From NCBI GenBank assembly GCA_963655305.1, contig CAVKEA010000002.1, forward strand, positions 18,894 to 82,893: 64,000 bases of DNA, read 5' to 3'. Below, in pieces: positions 33,552 to 43,683 of this stretch (position 1 is the stretch's first letter; each line of letters begins with the position of its first letter). Source of the stretch: a bacterium. Its GTDB lineage: Bacteria; Bacillota; Negativicutes; Veillonellales; Megasphaeraceae. A model generated the notes under the pieces. The model searched no databases. It was not told the origin of the DNA and saw only the letters and a list, made by a program, of their open reading frames with translations. A program made the position numbers and the translations under genes.

Positions 33552-33978
33552 TATATATCTATCTCCTCTATTTATGTATTGCTTCACTCATATCCATGCG
33601 TTGACATTTTCATTGTTGGACACATACATCATCCCCCTCTATAAATTGTCCTTGTTGCAAGGATATTTGTCCTCAGTATATACTATTATATAAGGTAACA
33701 CAATATGATAATAAAAAAGTATGATTTTTTTTAAGAATTTCTGTCTATGCCCTATGGGCACATCAAAAAACAAAGTACAGCCATGTTACTGCACGCTGGC
33801 AACTCATGTTGTCATCTCATCGCTAAAAAACAACTTGACATAAACAACAAATGAAAATCGGCCTATTTGTTACTTTTTTGTTACAGTTTTGCAAAACCTC
33901 TTATTTCTTTTTGATGTGTATGGTATAATAGCCATACTTCTTCTTATAGAGATAGTACGAGAAAGGTGGTTATATGAT

Positions 33979-34452
33979 ATGAAAAAACTAAAAGTTGTAT
34001 TGGCACTGTGTTCTGTACTGGCTTGTGGTTCTTTATCTGCCATGGCCATGGATTCTGCAACACTGCAAAATAATCCGTTTCGCTATCGTGTAGTAAGCAC
34101 GCAGCCTGACGGCATCGTTTACATGGATATGGATTCGGTACAAGCACTGCAGACACGGGATCTGCCAAGCAGTATTGAAAATATTTCCTGCACGCTGTAT
34201 GTCGAAAAATATGCTAAAAAGATTGATGCGATGGCCTTTCAGAAAAATCAGCTCATCAGCCAAATCAATGAATACAAAGCAGATATTCATGCCAATAAAG
34301 TAGAAAACAAGTATTTGATGGATGCTGATTTCCAAGCAGCCTATACAGCCGCAGGCAAAAAATTGGATGGAAAGAAAGACAAGCTTCGCATCAAAAATAT
34401 GAAAGATTTTTACATGTATGCCCATCGGTTAGTCGCTCTGCCCAAAGGCTAA
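33979..34452 (+). CDS. Small secreted hypothetical protein
   Basis: It has a signal peptide (MKKLKVVLALCSVLACGSLSAMA) and an RBS (GAAAGGTGG). An extended -10 (TGgTATAAT) at 33921-33929 lies upstream. Confidence 0.65.
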   Translation: MKKLKVVLALCSVLACGSLSAMAMDSATLQNNPFRYRVVSTQPDGIVYMDMDSVQALQTRDLPSSIENISCTLYVEKYAKKIDAMAFQKNQLISQINEYKADIHANKVENKYLMDADFQAAYTAAGKKLDGKKDKLRIKNMKDFYMYAHRLVALPKG

Positions 34453-34587
34453 TGCGGCTGCTGTAAAATACAATAGTTGCCAAACAGGTCCTGCTGGATG
34501 TCCGCAACGCCATTTTTGAATACACTGCGGCGGCTGCTTATCAAAATGGCTTGCGGCGTATCCAGCTGACCCGAAAAACGAACCAGT

Positions 34588-34630
34588 CCCTTGTCTGCAC
34601 TGCCAAGGTGTCAGACATAGGGATTTTTGT
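34588..34630 (+). terminator. Terminator-like hairpin with a T-run
   Basis: The sequence reads CCCTTGTCTG-(14 nt)-CAGACATAGGG followed by ATTTTTGTGT. It lies 136 nt after the stop at 34452 and about 200 nt before the DUF554 gene. Confidence 0.5.
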
Positions 34631-34837
34631 GTACAAAGGCTTCTTTTCGTTGTCAGTCTGACCTAAAGACAACGCAGCAATTCATCATTTGCTGTCACAC
34701 AGCGATAAAGCCTACGGGTATTTCAGCACAAGTTGACTTTAGGGCTGCGTGCAGCCAATACGAACATCGACACAAGGCCGTTGAAATTTTACATAAAAAT
34801 TTCACGTCCCAGGAAAGAAGGGAAGTTATAAAAAACA

Positions 34838-35557
34838 ATGATGGGATTAGGAACGCTTATCAATGCAACCGCCATTCTTGCTGGTGGTGTGCTGGGCATT
34901 TTGTTCAAACACTTTTTAAAAGAACACTATCAGGATACGATTATCAAGGCGACTGGATTTTCAGTCCTATTTTTAGGCGCAGCCGGTACACTCTCCCATA
35001 TGCTGACGGTTTTGCCAAACGGCAGTTTGACTGTCAACGGCACCATGGTTATCATCTTATCACTGGCAATCGGCGCGCTGCTGGGAGAAATCATCGATTT
35101 AGATGCACAGTTTGAACGATTCGGTGAATGGCTCAAACACAAGACAGGCAGTGACGGTGACAATCAGTTCACGAATGGTTTTGTGTCGGCATCGTTGACA
35201 GTAAGCATCGGGGCCATGGCCATTATAGGCTCCATCCAGGATGGTATTTACGGCGATTATTCCACACTGACGGCAAAAGCAATTTTAGACTTTATTATCG
35301 TGTTGATTATGGCTTCCTCCCTGGGAAAAGGATGCATATTCTCGTTCATTCCAGTAGCCGTTTTACAAGGGACAATGACCGTGCTGGCAGCCGGGTTATC
35401 TGGCTTCATGACAGACGCCGTACTGAACAACATTTCTCTCGTTGGCAATATTTTAATTTTCTGTGTAGGCATCAATTTGGTTTGGCCCAAGACAATCAAG
35501 GTGGCAAATCTGCTGCCGTCCCTTTTGGTAGCGGTCATCATGGTATGGCTGGTATAA
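34838..35557 (+). CDS. DUF554-family membrane protein (YdfK/YqgA-like)
   Basis: The 239-aa polytopic ORF contains GTLINATAILAGGVLG and LSLAIGALLGEIIDLDAQFERFGEWLK, which match my recollection of the DUF554 consensus. Confidence 0.75.
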   Translation: MMGLGTLINATAILAGGVLGILFKHFLKEHYQDTIIKATGFSVLFLGAAGTLSHMLTVLPNGSLTVNGTMVIILSLAIGALLGEIIDLDAQFERFGEWLKHKTGSDGDNQFTNGFVSASLTVSIGAMAIIGSIQDGIYGDYSTLTAKAILDFIIVLIMASSLGKGCIFSFIPVAVLQGTMTVLAAGLSGFMTDAVLNNISLVGNILIFCVGINLVWPKTIKVANLLPSLLVAVIMVWLV

Positions 35558-35580
35558 AATCAATATGGCACGTAAAATAG

Positions 35581-35617
35581 TAAACCCCCTAATTCGAATC
35601 TCAACTTAGGGGGTTTA
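35581..35617. terminator. Perfect 12-bp hairpin between the convergent DUF554 gene and PFOR
   Basis: The sequence reads TAAACCCCCTAA-(13 nt)-TTAGGGGGTTTA. The flanking T/A runs are weak, so termination efficiency is uncertain. Confidence 0.55.
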
Positions 35618-35730
35618 CTGCATTTCGGTCCACAACGCCGGTCTTTTATAAATACCGTTTTATGAAATCCCAGCTGCTACACGGAACCTATTTTGCTGTA
35701 TATTCATCTATGAGCAATAGAGTATACACG

Positions 35731-38700
35731 TTATTCTTTTCCTGCCAATGTCTTATACGATTCAAGACGCGTTTTCATATCTGCCGCTGTTTTGTCAAAG
35801 AATGCGTCCGCTTTTTCCGGGAACACTGTCTTCAACGAAGCATACCGTACTTCGCCCAACAGGAATTCCTTGACATCTTGTGTCGGTTCTTTAGAATCAA
35901 GTGTAAACGGATTCTTGCCTTCTTCAATGCGCGTCGGGTTGTACCGATAGAGGTGCCAATAGCCTGCATCAACGGCCTTCTTTGCTTCAATCTGGCTGTT
36001 GGCCATGCCGGCTTTGATACCGTGATTGATGCACGGTGCATACCCAATGATAAGGCTCGGACCATCGTATGCTTCAGCTTCCTGAATGGCTTTCAGACAT
36101 TGATTTTTGTCTGCGCCAAGCGCTACTTGTGCGACGTATACATATCCATAGGTCATGGCAATCCGTCCCAAATCCTTTTTGCGTGTCTTCTTGCCGCCTG
36201 CGGCAAATTTAGCAATCGCAGAAGTCGGCGTTGCTTTGGAAGACTGGCCGCCTGTGTTGGAATATACTTCGGTGTCAAAGACAAAGACATTGACGTTTTC
36301 GCCTTGTGCCAATACATGGTCTAAACCGCCAAAGCCAATATCATAGGCCCAGCCGTCGCCGCCAAAAATCCATTGGCTGCGTTTGACCAAATTATCACGG
36401 CGTTCATAAATTTTCCGGCAAATCGGGCATGTATCTTTTGCCGCTTCTACGACAGCAATAACCTTATCTGCCCGCTGCCGCGTGCCTTCACTTTCGTCTT
36501 TATGGTCAAGCCATTCTTGGAAAACAGCTTTGGCATCGGCCGGTGTATTGGGGTTATCAATCGCTTCCTGAATATCCATCGCCATTTTATCCCGCATCTG
36601 CGCTGCCGCCAAGAACATGCCCAGACCGAATTCGGCATTATCTTCAAAGAGGGAGTTTGCCCAGCCGGGACCATGGCCTGCATCATTCGTAGTATACGGC
36701 ATAGACGGAACACTGCCTGCCCATACAGAAGAACAGCCTGTCGCATTGGCTACCATCATGCGGTCGCCAAACAACTGCGTCACGAGTTTAGCATACGGTG
36801 TTTCGCCGCAGCCTGCACACGCACCGGAAAATTCAAGAAGCGGCTGTTCAAACTGGCTGCCTTTGACAGTAAATTTATTCATCGGATTTTCTTTTGTCGG
36901 CAGACCTACTGCATAGTCCCAAAGATCGGCTTTGGCTTCTTGTGTCGCAAACGGTTTCATTTCCAAGGCTTTATTCTTAGCCGGGCAAACTTGCGCACAG
37001 CTGCCGCATCCCAAGCAGTCCAATACGCTGACCGCCATCGTAAACTGCAGTCCGTCAGCACCCATAGCCGGTTTGACAACTAACCCTGCCGGAGCTGCTG
37101 CCACTTCTTCATCCGTCATCAAAATCGGACGAATCGCTGCATGCGGACAAACAAACGCGCACTGGTTGCACTGAATACAGTTTTCTGCCTGCCATTCCGG
37201 AATGTTGATAGCTACGCCGCGTTTTTCATACGCTGCCGTTCCCTGCGGGAATGCACCGTCTTCCAACCCAATAAATGTGCTGACCGGGAGAGAATCCCCT
37301 TCTTGGGCATTAATCGGTTCCAAAATCTGAGATACAAAGGCCGGTACTTCTTTTTTCGGCTGCGGTACGTCTTCAGCATTTGCCCAGCCTGCCGGTACGT
37401 CTATTTTGACAATGCCGGCTACGCCGTTGTCAATTGCAGCATTGTTCATATCTACTACTTTTTGGCCTTTTTTGCCATACGAGGATACAACGGCATCCTT
37501 CAAATATTTCACAGCATCATCAATAGGAATAATATCGGCAATTTTGAAGAAGGCTGCCTGCATAATCATATTAAAGCGGCCGCCTAAGCCGATTTTCTGT
37601 GCGATGCTGACTGCGTCAATCGTATAGAACTGAATATCGTTCTGAGCGATGTACCGTTTCATAGCAGCCGGTAAATTTCTGTCCAGTTCTTCCGGAGTCC
37701 AAAGTGTATTTAACAGGAAACTGCCGCCTTTTTTCAGTCCTGCCAACACGTTGTATTTGTGTACATACGATTGCTGAGAACAGGATACAAACGCCGCTTT
37801 ATTGATGAGATACGAAGATCGAATCGGTTCTTTGCCAAACCGCAAGTGCGAAACCGTAATACCGCCTGATTTTTTAGAATCATAAGCAAAATATGCCTGG
37901 GCATGCATGTCCGTATGGTTGCCAATAATTTTAACAGCACTCTTATTGGCGCCGACAGTACCGTCTGAGCCCAATCCCCAGAATTTGCATGCTGTCGTGC
38001 CTGCCGGTGTCGTATCAATATCTTCGCCGATAGGCAGCGAGGTAAAGGTAACGTCATCGACAATGCCAATCGTAAATTGATCTTTCGGTGTATCCTGTTT
38101 AAGGTTTTCAAATACGGATAAAATATGGGTCGGCGTCGTATCTTTGCCGCCAAGCCCGGCACGGCCGCCTACGATAACAGGCTGCTGCGGTTTTCCGGAA
38201 TACATAGCCTTGACGTCGAGGAAAAGCGGTTCTGCAATGGAACCCGGTTCTTTAGTACGGTCAAGAACAGCAATTTTGCGTACTGTTTTCGGGATATATT
38301 TGAAGAAATATTTTTCTGAAAATGGCCGATAGAGATGAACAGACAGCAAGCCGACTTTTTCGCCGCGTGCATTCAAGAAATCCACTGTTTCAGTAATTGC
38401 ATCGCATAAAGACCCCATGGCAATAATCATACGGTCTGCATCAGGCGCGCCATAATAAGTAAAGGGATGATATTCCCGACCAGTAAGTGCCGTAATTTTG
38501 CACATATAATCTTCAACAATATCCGGCAGGGCTTCATAGTATTTATTCTGTACTTCCTGCTGCTGGAAATATACGTCAGAGTTTTCCAAAGAGCCTTTGG
38601 TTGTCGGATGGTCCGGGCTCGTGCCGCGGTCGCGGAACGCTTTCACGGCATCCATATCTACTAAATCAGCTAAATCGCCGTAATCCAATGCTTCAATTTT

Positions 38701-39249
38701 TTGAATTTCATGAGAAGTACGGAACCCATCAAAAAAGTTGAGGAAAGGCACACGGCCTTTGATTGCTGATAAATGGGCTACAGCAGATAAATCCATAACT
38801 TCTTGGACGCTTGCTTCTGCCAGCATGGCAAAGCCGGTCTGCCGACATGCCATAACATCACGCTGGTCCCCAAAAATACAGAGCGTATTGGTACCCAGTG
38901 CGCGGGCTGCTACATGAAATACGCCTGGGAGTAATTCGCCGGCAATTTTATACATATTCGGAATCATCAGCAACAGACCTTGAGACGCTGTATACGTCGT
39001 CGTCAACGCCCCTGCTTCCAGCGAGCCGTGAACAGCACCTGCTGCGCCGCCTTCGGCCTGCATTTCCTGGATACGGACAACTTGGCCAAACATATTCTTC
39101 ACGCCCTGCGTGGCCCATTCGTCCATTTTTTCTGCCATTGTAGACGACGGCGTAATCGGATAAATAGCAGCAACATCAGTAAATACATAGGATACGTATG
39201 CCGCTGCCGTATTCCCATCCATGGTCATCATTTTTTTAGTCATCTTCAA
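35731..39249 (-). CDS. nifJ: Pyruvate:ferredoxin (flavodoxin) oxidoreductase
   Basis: The 1172-aa single-chain PFOR has two ferredoxin-type CxxCxxCxxxCP motifs (CIQCNQCAFVCP, CLGCGSCAQVCP) and a TPP-binding GGDGWAYDIG block. Confidence 0.97.
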   Translation of the reverse strand: MKMTKKMMTMDGNTAAAYVSYVFTDVAAIYPITPSSTMAEKMDEWATQGVKNMFGQVVRIQEMQAEGGAAGAVHGSLEAGALTTTYTASQGLLLMIPNMYKIAGELLPGVFHVAARALGTNTLCIFGDQRDVMACRQTGFAMLAEASVQEVMDLSAVAHLSAIKGRVPFLNFFDGFRTSHEIQKIEALDYGDLADLVDMDAVKAFRDRGTSPDHPTTKGSLENSDVYFQQQEVQNKYYEALPDIVEDYMCKITALTGREYHPFTYYGAPDADRMIIAMGSLCDAITETVDFLNARGEKVGLLSVHLYRPFSEKYFFKYIPKTVRKIAVLDRTKEPGSIAEPLFLDVKAMYSGKPQQPVIVGGRAGLGGKDTTPTHILSVFENLKQDTPKDQFTIGIVDDVTFTSLPIGEDIDTTPAGTTACKFWGLGSDGTVGANKSAVKIIGNHTDMHAQAYFAYDSKKSGGITVSHLRFGKEPIRSSYLINKAAFVSCSQQSYVHKYNVLAGLKKGGSFLLNTLWTPEELDRNLPAAMKRYIAQNDIQFYTIDAVSIAQKIGLGGRFNMIMQAAFFKIADIIPIDDAVKYLKDAVVSSYGKKGQKVVDMNNAAIDNGVAGIVKIDVPAGWANAEDVPQPKKEVPAFVSQILEPINAQEGDSLPVSTFIGLEDGAFPQGTAAYEKRGVAINIPEWQAENCIQCNQCAFVCPHAAIRPILMTDEEVAAAPAGLVVKPAMGADGLQFTMAVSVLDCLGCGSCAQVCPAKNKALEMKPFATQEAKADLWDYAVGLPTKENPMNKFTVKGSQFEQPLLEFSGACAGCGETPYAKLVTQLFGDRMMVANATGCSSVWAGSVPSMPYTTNDAGHGPGWANSLFEDNAEFGLGMFLAAAQMRDKMAMDIQEAIDNPNTPADAKAVFQEWLDHKDESEGTRQRADKVIAVVEAAKDTCPICRKIYERRDNLVKRSQWIFGGDGWAYDIGFGGLDHVLAQGENVNVFVFDTEVYSNTGGQSSKATPTSAIAKFAAGGKKTRKKDLGRIAMTYGYVYVAQVALGADKNQCLKAIQEAEAYDGPSLIIGYAPCINHGIKAGMANSQIEAKKAVDAGYWHLYRYNPTRIEEGKNPFTLDSKEPTQDVKEFLLGEVRYASLKTVFPEKADAFFDKTAADMKTRLESYKTLAGKE

Positions 39250-39313
39250 ATGCCTCCATCCGTAAAATAGAATTAAGTGATTTCGTTAGTCCTATTGTAG
39301 TGTACATAAAAGT

Positions 39314-39328
39314 ATTTGTAAAACAAAT
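39314..39328. promoter_or_regulatory. Candidate LysR-type T-N11-A box in the nifJ/LysR divergent region
   Basis: The dyad ATTTGT-AAA-ACAAAT (6-3-6) contains T-N11-A. The assignment to the adjacent LysR regulator is inference. Confidence 0.3.
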
Positions 39329-39381
39329 GCTTTTAATCGTATCCATCAATATTTTTGATTGATTCGAAGGATAAAAAAAGA

Positions 39382-39410
39382 TTGACGGCAGTGGAAAAAT
39401 ATTTCATAAT
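39382..39410 (+). promoter_or_regulatory. Candidate sigma-70 type promoter of the LysR regulator gene
   Basis: The plus strand reads TTGACG (39382-39387), a 17-nt spacer, then CATAAT (39405-39410). Confidence 0.5.
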
Positions 39411-39447
39411 CAGTATAAATAAGCATTTAAAAGAAAGGATGCCCATC

Positions 39448-40350
39448 ATGGAAATACGCAATTTGACTACTTTTTTACAAGTCGTTTCCATCAAAAATTT
39501 CACGCAGGCAGCGCGTACCCTTGGCTATTCTCAATCCAATGTCAGCGCACAAATACAGCAGCTGGAGCGAGAAGTCGGCGCGCCCCTTTTCAATCGTATC
39601 GGCCGCCAAGTCACACTGACACAATATGGGGAAGAATTGATTCCATATGCGCAAAAGATTGTATCGACAGCTTTTTTGATGGAAAATTTTCTTAAATCAG
39701 AAAAAGCATTAAGCGGTACGATTCGTATCGGCATGGTCGAATCCCTGTATGAAATTCTTTTTGAATCTTCATTGCTGCGGTATCATCAACGCTTTCCCCA
39801 CGTCAAAGTAGAACTAATCGTCGATGACACTGCTTCCCTTCAAGACGGAATGCAGACAGGTATTCTCGATTTTGCCTGCTTGATTGCAGACCCGCTGCCG
39901 CAGACACAGTGGCAGACTTGGTATTCCAAGCCGGAACAAGTAGTCGTCATTGCTCATCCCGACAATCCGCTGAGCAAACGAACGTCCCTTCGTCTGGCTG
40001 ATATAAAAGACGAAGAATTTATTCTCATGGAATTGACAGCACCGTACATTGTTCATTTTCAAAGTGCCATCGCGTCCCAAAACATTACGCTCCATCCTGT
40101 GTTGACCCTGCAAAGCGCAGATACAGCTACACGGCTCGTCAGCAAGGGGAATTTTCTTTCGGTCCTTCCTTTATATACCGTAATGCAGGCAGCCAAACAA
40201 GAACTCGTCCGTATTCTTCCCATCAAAGATTTTCATGAAACGCCGTCTGTGCAGCTGATACTGCATGCAAATAAAGTCATGACCCCGCAGATAGAAGGAT
40301 TTTTACAAGAAATCCGCACGACAATAGAAACCGAAGATTCATATTTATAA
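39448..40350 (+). CDS. LysR-family transcriptional regulator
   Basis: The ORF reads MEIRNLTTFLQVVSIKNFTQAARTLGYSQSNVSAQIQQLE, an HTH region. The start is moved to the ATG at 39448. Confidence 0.9.
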   Translation: MEIRNLTTFLQVVSIKNFTQAARTLGYSQSNVSAQIQQLEREVGAPLFNRIGRQVTLTQYGEELIPYAQKIVSTAFLMENFLKSEKALSGTIRIGMVESLYEILFESSLLRYHQRFPHVKVELIVDDTASLQDGMQTGILDFACLIADPLPQTQWQTWYSKPEQVVVIAHPDNPLSKRTSLRLADIKDEEFILMELTAPYIVHFQSAIASQNITLHPVLTLQSADTATRLVSKGNFLSVLPLYTVMQAAKQELVRILPIKDFHETPSVQLILHANKVMTPQIEGFLQEIRTTIETEDSYL

Positions 40351-40458
40351 AAAATACACTCTATGTTTTCTCATCATTTTACTTTATAATATAATGATAT
40401 AGAACATAATTACTTTTTATTTTTTTAACATCTATCTAAAAGAAAGAATGTGACTTTT

Positions 40459-41364
40459 ATGAAAATTATGATTACCGGAATCGGCGGCGTCGGCGGGTAT
40501 GTAGCTTCCGTGTTATGTGCCAATTATACAGACGTAACGCTGATTGCCCGCAAGAAACGCAAAGAATCTATCCAGCAAAACGGCTTAGTCCTTCACAGCG
40601 ATTTCTTTGGCGAACGTGTTGCCCATCCGTATGTTACGGACACACCGGCAGATGCCGGCATCCAAGATATTATTTTTGTCTGCGTAAAAAACTATTCCTT
40701 AGTTTCTGCCCTGGAAGCCCTGCGCCCTTGTGTAGATGACCATACCATCATAGTCCTCATCTTAAACGGTGTAGACCATTTGGAAACAGCAAAAACCATC
40801 TTCCACCAAAGCCGCTTTGTCGATACTTGCATTTATATCACCTCGGCATATAATGAAGATTTTTCTATCAGCCAATTTGGTCATTTTGCCCGCATCTACC
40901 TCGGCTCTACGGATGAAGACGCAGCCCAAACGGCATATGACGTACTCAATCACGAAGGACTAACAACGCGAAAAGCCAACGATATTACTAAAGAAATTTG
41001 GAATAAATACATTCTCAACTGCGCGTATAATGTCATCACAGCTTATTATGAATGTACCATTGGCAATGCCCTGGACAAACCTAACGGCAAAAAAGAATTC
41101 CGTCAGCTTATCGAAGAAGCCTATACGATAGGTAAAGCATTGGGTGTACAATTAGATGACACGCTCGTCGATACCATCTATGACCGTATCCTCAAGCAGG
41201 AAGATAAAAACGTGTACAGTTCTCTGGCCCGTGACGTCATGAACGGTCACCAAAGCGAACTCGATACCTTCAGCGGCTATTTAGTCCGCACAGCGCAAAA
41301 ACTGCACATTGCCATTCCATTTTCTCAGCAATGCTATCAAGCTCTGTCACAGCGAGTCCAATAA
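40459..41364 (+). CDS. Ketopantoate reductase (PanE/ApbA) family 2-oxoacid reductase
   Basis: The ORF has an N-terminal Rossmann block (MKIMITGIGGVGGY) and an ApbA_C-like C-terminus (SSLARDVMNGHQSELD). The substrate is unknown. Confidence 0.75.
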   Translation: MKIMITGIGGVGGYVASVLCANYTDVTLIARKKRKESIQQNGLVLHSDFFGERVAHPYVTDTPADAGIQDIIFVCVKNYSLVSALEALRPCVDDHTIIVLILNGVDHLETAKTIFHQSRFVDTCIYITSAYNEDFSISQFGHFARIYLGSTDEDAAQTAYDVLNHEGLTTRKANDITKEIWNKYILNCAYNVITAYYECTIGNALDKPNGKKEFRQLIEEAYTIGKALGVQLDDTLVDTIYDRILKQEDKNVYSSLARDVMNGHQSELDTFSGYLVRTAQKLHIAIPFSQQCYQALSQRVQ

Positions 41365-41418
41365 GGTACAAATTGCAAACCGATTTGTCTGTGCACGCGA
41401 ATGATAATTTTATACAAG

Positions 41419-41476
41419 AAAGCCCTTTACGTAAGTTCCTAAGGCAGCAGGTTTAGGAACTTGTAAAGGGCTTTTT
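41419..41476. terminator. Long hairpin terminator between the convergent PanE-like and MaoC genes
   Basis: The sequence reads AAAGCCCTTTACGTAAGTTCCTAA-(10 nt)-TTAGGAACTTGTAAAGGGCTTTTT. Confidence 0.75.
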
Positions 41477-41652
41477 GTGTAAGCAAAACATACAGGTATG
41501 TATATAGAGTCATGTTTCATCGTGCCATATATACGGCACAATGTCTTAAGTGATACTTTATGTGAAACATAATAATGTAAGCAGTGTCTATAAGCAATGC
41601 ATCAGCGGATTCAATTCAAATAGTTTTCCGGTATATATCTAACGCTGGTATG

Positions 41653-42069
41653 TTATCTTTTCATCACGCGGGCTTCCCCATTAGTAACAATTTTTCCATT
41701 TTGATTGACAACAGTTGTCTGAAAAATAATACGATGTTTTTCATCGTTTTTTTCTTTGCACTCCACAGTCGCAGTGAGCGTATCGCCATAAAAAACAGGC
41801 GCTAAAAAACTAAGCTTCTGATTCATATAAATCGTATTTACTCCCGGCATCTCTGTACCCAAAACAGCTGAAATTAGCCCTGCCGAAATCATTCCATGCG
41901 CAATTCGTTGTTTAAACATAGATTGTTTAGCAAACTCTGCATTCACATGTACAGGATTAAAATCACCTGTAATGCCTGCATATGAATACACATCATGTTC
42001 AGTAATTGTTTTGGATAGAGATGCTGTATCACCTATATGAATATTTTCATAAGGAATATCTTGTGCCAT
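41653..42069 (-). CDS. MaoC-like (R)-specific enoyl-CoA hydratase/dehydratase
   Basis: The ORF has the hydratase-2 motif YAGITGDFNPVHVNAEFA. The start is moved to the ATG at 42069, which is preceded by AGGAGG. Confidence 0.85.
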   Translation of the reverse strand: MAQDIPYENIHIGDTASLSKTITEHDVYSYAGITGDFNPVHVNAEFAKQSMFKQRIAHGMISAGLISAVLGTEMPGVNTIYMNQKLSFLAPVFYGDTLTATVECKEKNDEKHRIIFQTTVVNQNGKIVTNGEARVMKR

Positions 42070-42094
42070 ATACTTTCCTCCTTTCATAACAAAT

Positions 42095-43645
42095 TTATAT
42101 TTTTAGTCCCATGGGTTCGTCAGCAAAAATACGTGCATCCATAGCCTTTACTTCTTTCACAATTGGTGTGAAATCCATGTGTGCTAAAATATCTTTATTC
42201 AAATCAATACCCGGCGCAATTTCAATTAATTCCAAGCCATTCGGAGTTAATTGAAATACAGCCCGTTCTGTTACATATAAAACTGGCTGCCCTACAGTAT
42301 TGGCATAGGTACCACTGAAGGTAACTTGTTCTACATGATTGAGGAATTTCTTGTTGCGTCCTTCTTGAACAATAATCAGCTTGCCGTCTTCTATTTTTTC
42401 TTTTAGACCGCCTGCTGTAAAAGTACCGCAGAAAATAACCTGCTTGGAATTTTGTGTAATGTTGATAAAGCCGCCGCAGCCAGCGACACGTCCATGAAAT
42501 TTGCTGACATTAATATTGCCTTCCCGATCAGATTCAGCTAGTCCCAAAATAGCCAAATCCACACCACCGCCATCATAAAAATCAAATTGATATGGTTGGT
42601 CTAATATTGCCGCAGCATTGGTCGATGCACCAAAACTTAACCCTCCAGCCGGCGTACCGCCAATTGTCCCAGCTTCTGTCGTCAACACCATGCCACTAAT
42701 ACCTTCTTCAGCAACAATAGAAGATACACCCTCAGGCATGCCAATCCCTAAATTAACGACGGCATTAGGAATCAATTCCATAGCACAACGGCGAGCAATG
42801 ACTTTCCGATTATTCAGTGGCAGCGCTTCCAAAGACCCTAATGGTACTTTCATATCACCATTAAATCCAGGATTATATTCATAATCCCATGTCATTTGGT
42901 GATCTCCTTCTTCGCCTTTTACGATATAATCTACAAGGACTCCCGGAATTTTTACGTCTTTCGGGTCCAGCGTATCTCCTCTGGCAATTTGTTTAACTTG
43001 TGCTATGACAATACCTCCGCAGGCACGCGCAGCTTCAGCAATTGCTAATACTTCTCCTGTACCGATTTCCTGGTCCATCGTAATATTACCGTCTTCATCA
43101 GCCGTCGTCCCACGGATAATTGCCACATTGATAGGATACGGCCGATACCAAAGCCATTCTTCATTTTTTAAGTTGACAACTTCTACCCAGCCTTCCTGCT
43201 GTGCCTGCGTTTTTTGATTAATTTGTCCCCCTTCTACTCGCGGATCTACAAATGTTCCCAAACCTACTTTCGTAATCGTCCCGGGGCGACGGCCTGCAAT
43301 ATCACGAAACCACTGGGAAATTGTACCCTGCGGTAAATTGTAAGCCAAAATCTTATTATCATTGATTAAATTTCCAATGCGGGGGGTTAAGTTAAAATGG
43401 CCACCAATAACACAGCGAAGCAGTCCTTCTTCTCCCAAATGATTCAAACCGCGTTCACCGCCGTCTCCTTGTCCCGCTGCAAAAATAACCGTCAAATCAC
43501 GAGGCTTGCCTGTCTGCAAAAACGAAGACTGAATTTCTTTTAAAATGGTTTCCGGTACCAGACTACCAACAAAACCACTTGTCGCCAGTACGGCTCCATT
43601 ATGAATTTTTTTTACTGCTTCCGCAGCAGATATAAATTTTGCCAT
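42095..43645 (-). CDS. Family I acyl-CoA:carboxylate CoA-transferase (Pct/YdiF type), paralog of Pct
   Basis: The 516-aa ORF is colinear with the Pct at 47617-49170. Shared blocks are LTTEAGTIGG, YQFDFYDGGG, NVSKF..VAGCGGF and GPMGLK. Confidence 0.88.
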   Translation of the reverse strand: MAKFISAAEAVKKIHNGAVLATSGFVGSLVPETILKEIQSSFLQTGKPRDLTVIFAAGQGDGGERGLNHLGEEGLLRCVIGGHFNLTPRIGNLINDNKILAYNLPQGTISQWFRDIAGRRPGTITKVGLGTFVDPRVEGGQINQKTQAQQEGWVEVVNLKNEEWLWYRPYPINVAIIRGTTADEDGNITMDQEIGTGEVLAIAEAARACGGIVIAQVKQIARGDTLDPKDVKIPGVLVDYIVKGEEGDHQMTWDYEYNPGFNGDMKVPLGSLEALPLNNRKVIARRCAMELIPNAVVNLGIGMPEGVSSIVAEEGISGMVLTTEAGTIGGTPAGGLSFGASTNAAAILDQPYQFDFYDGGGVDLAILGLAESDREGNINVSKFHGRVAGCGGFINITQNSKQVIFCGTFTAGGLKEKIEDGKLIIVQEGRNKKFLNHVEQVTFSGTYANTVGQPVLYVTERAVFQLTPNGLELIEIAPGIDLNKDILAHMDFTPIVKEVKAMDARIFADEPMGLKI

Positions 43646-43683
43646 ATGGTTTCTTCCTTTCTATATAGTAATTAACTGATGAT

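Noticed and set aside
34627-35115. A 162-aa plus-strand ORF upstream of, and overlapping, the DUF554 gene.
   Set aside because: It is out of frame with the well-supported DUF554 CDS and overlaps it. It begins in the structured spacer, has no RBS and has an R/C/H-rich composition.
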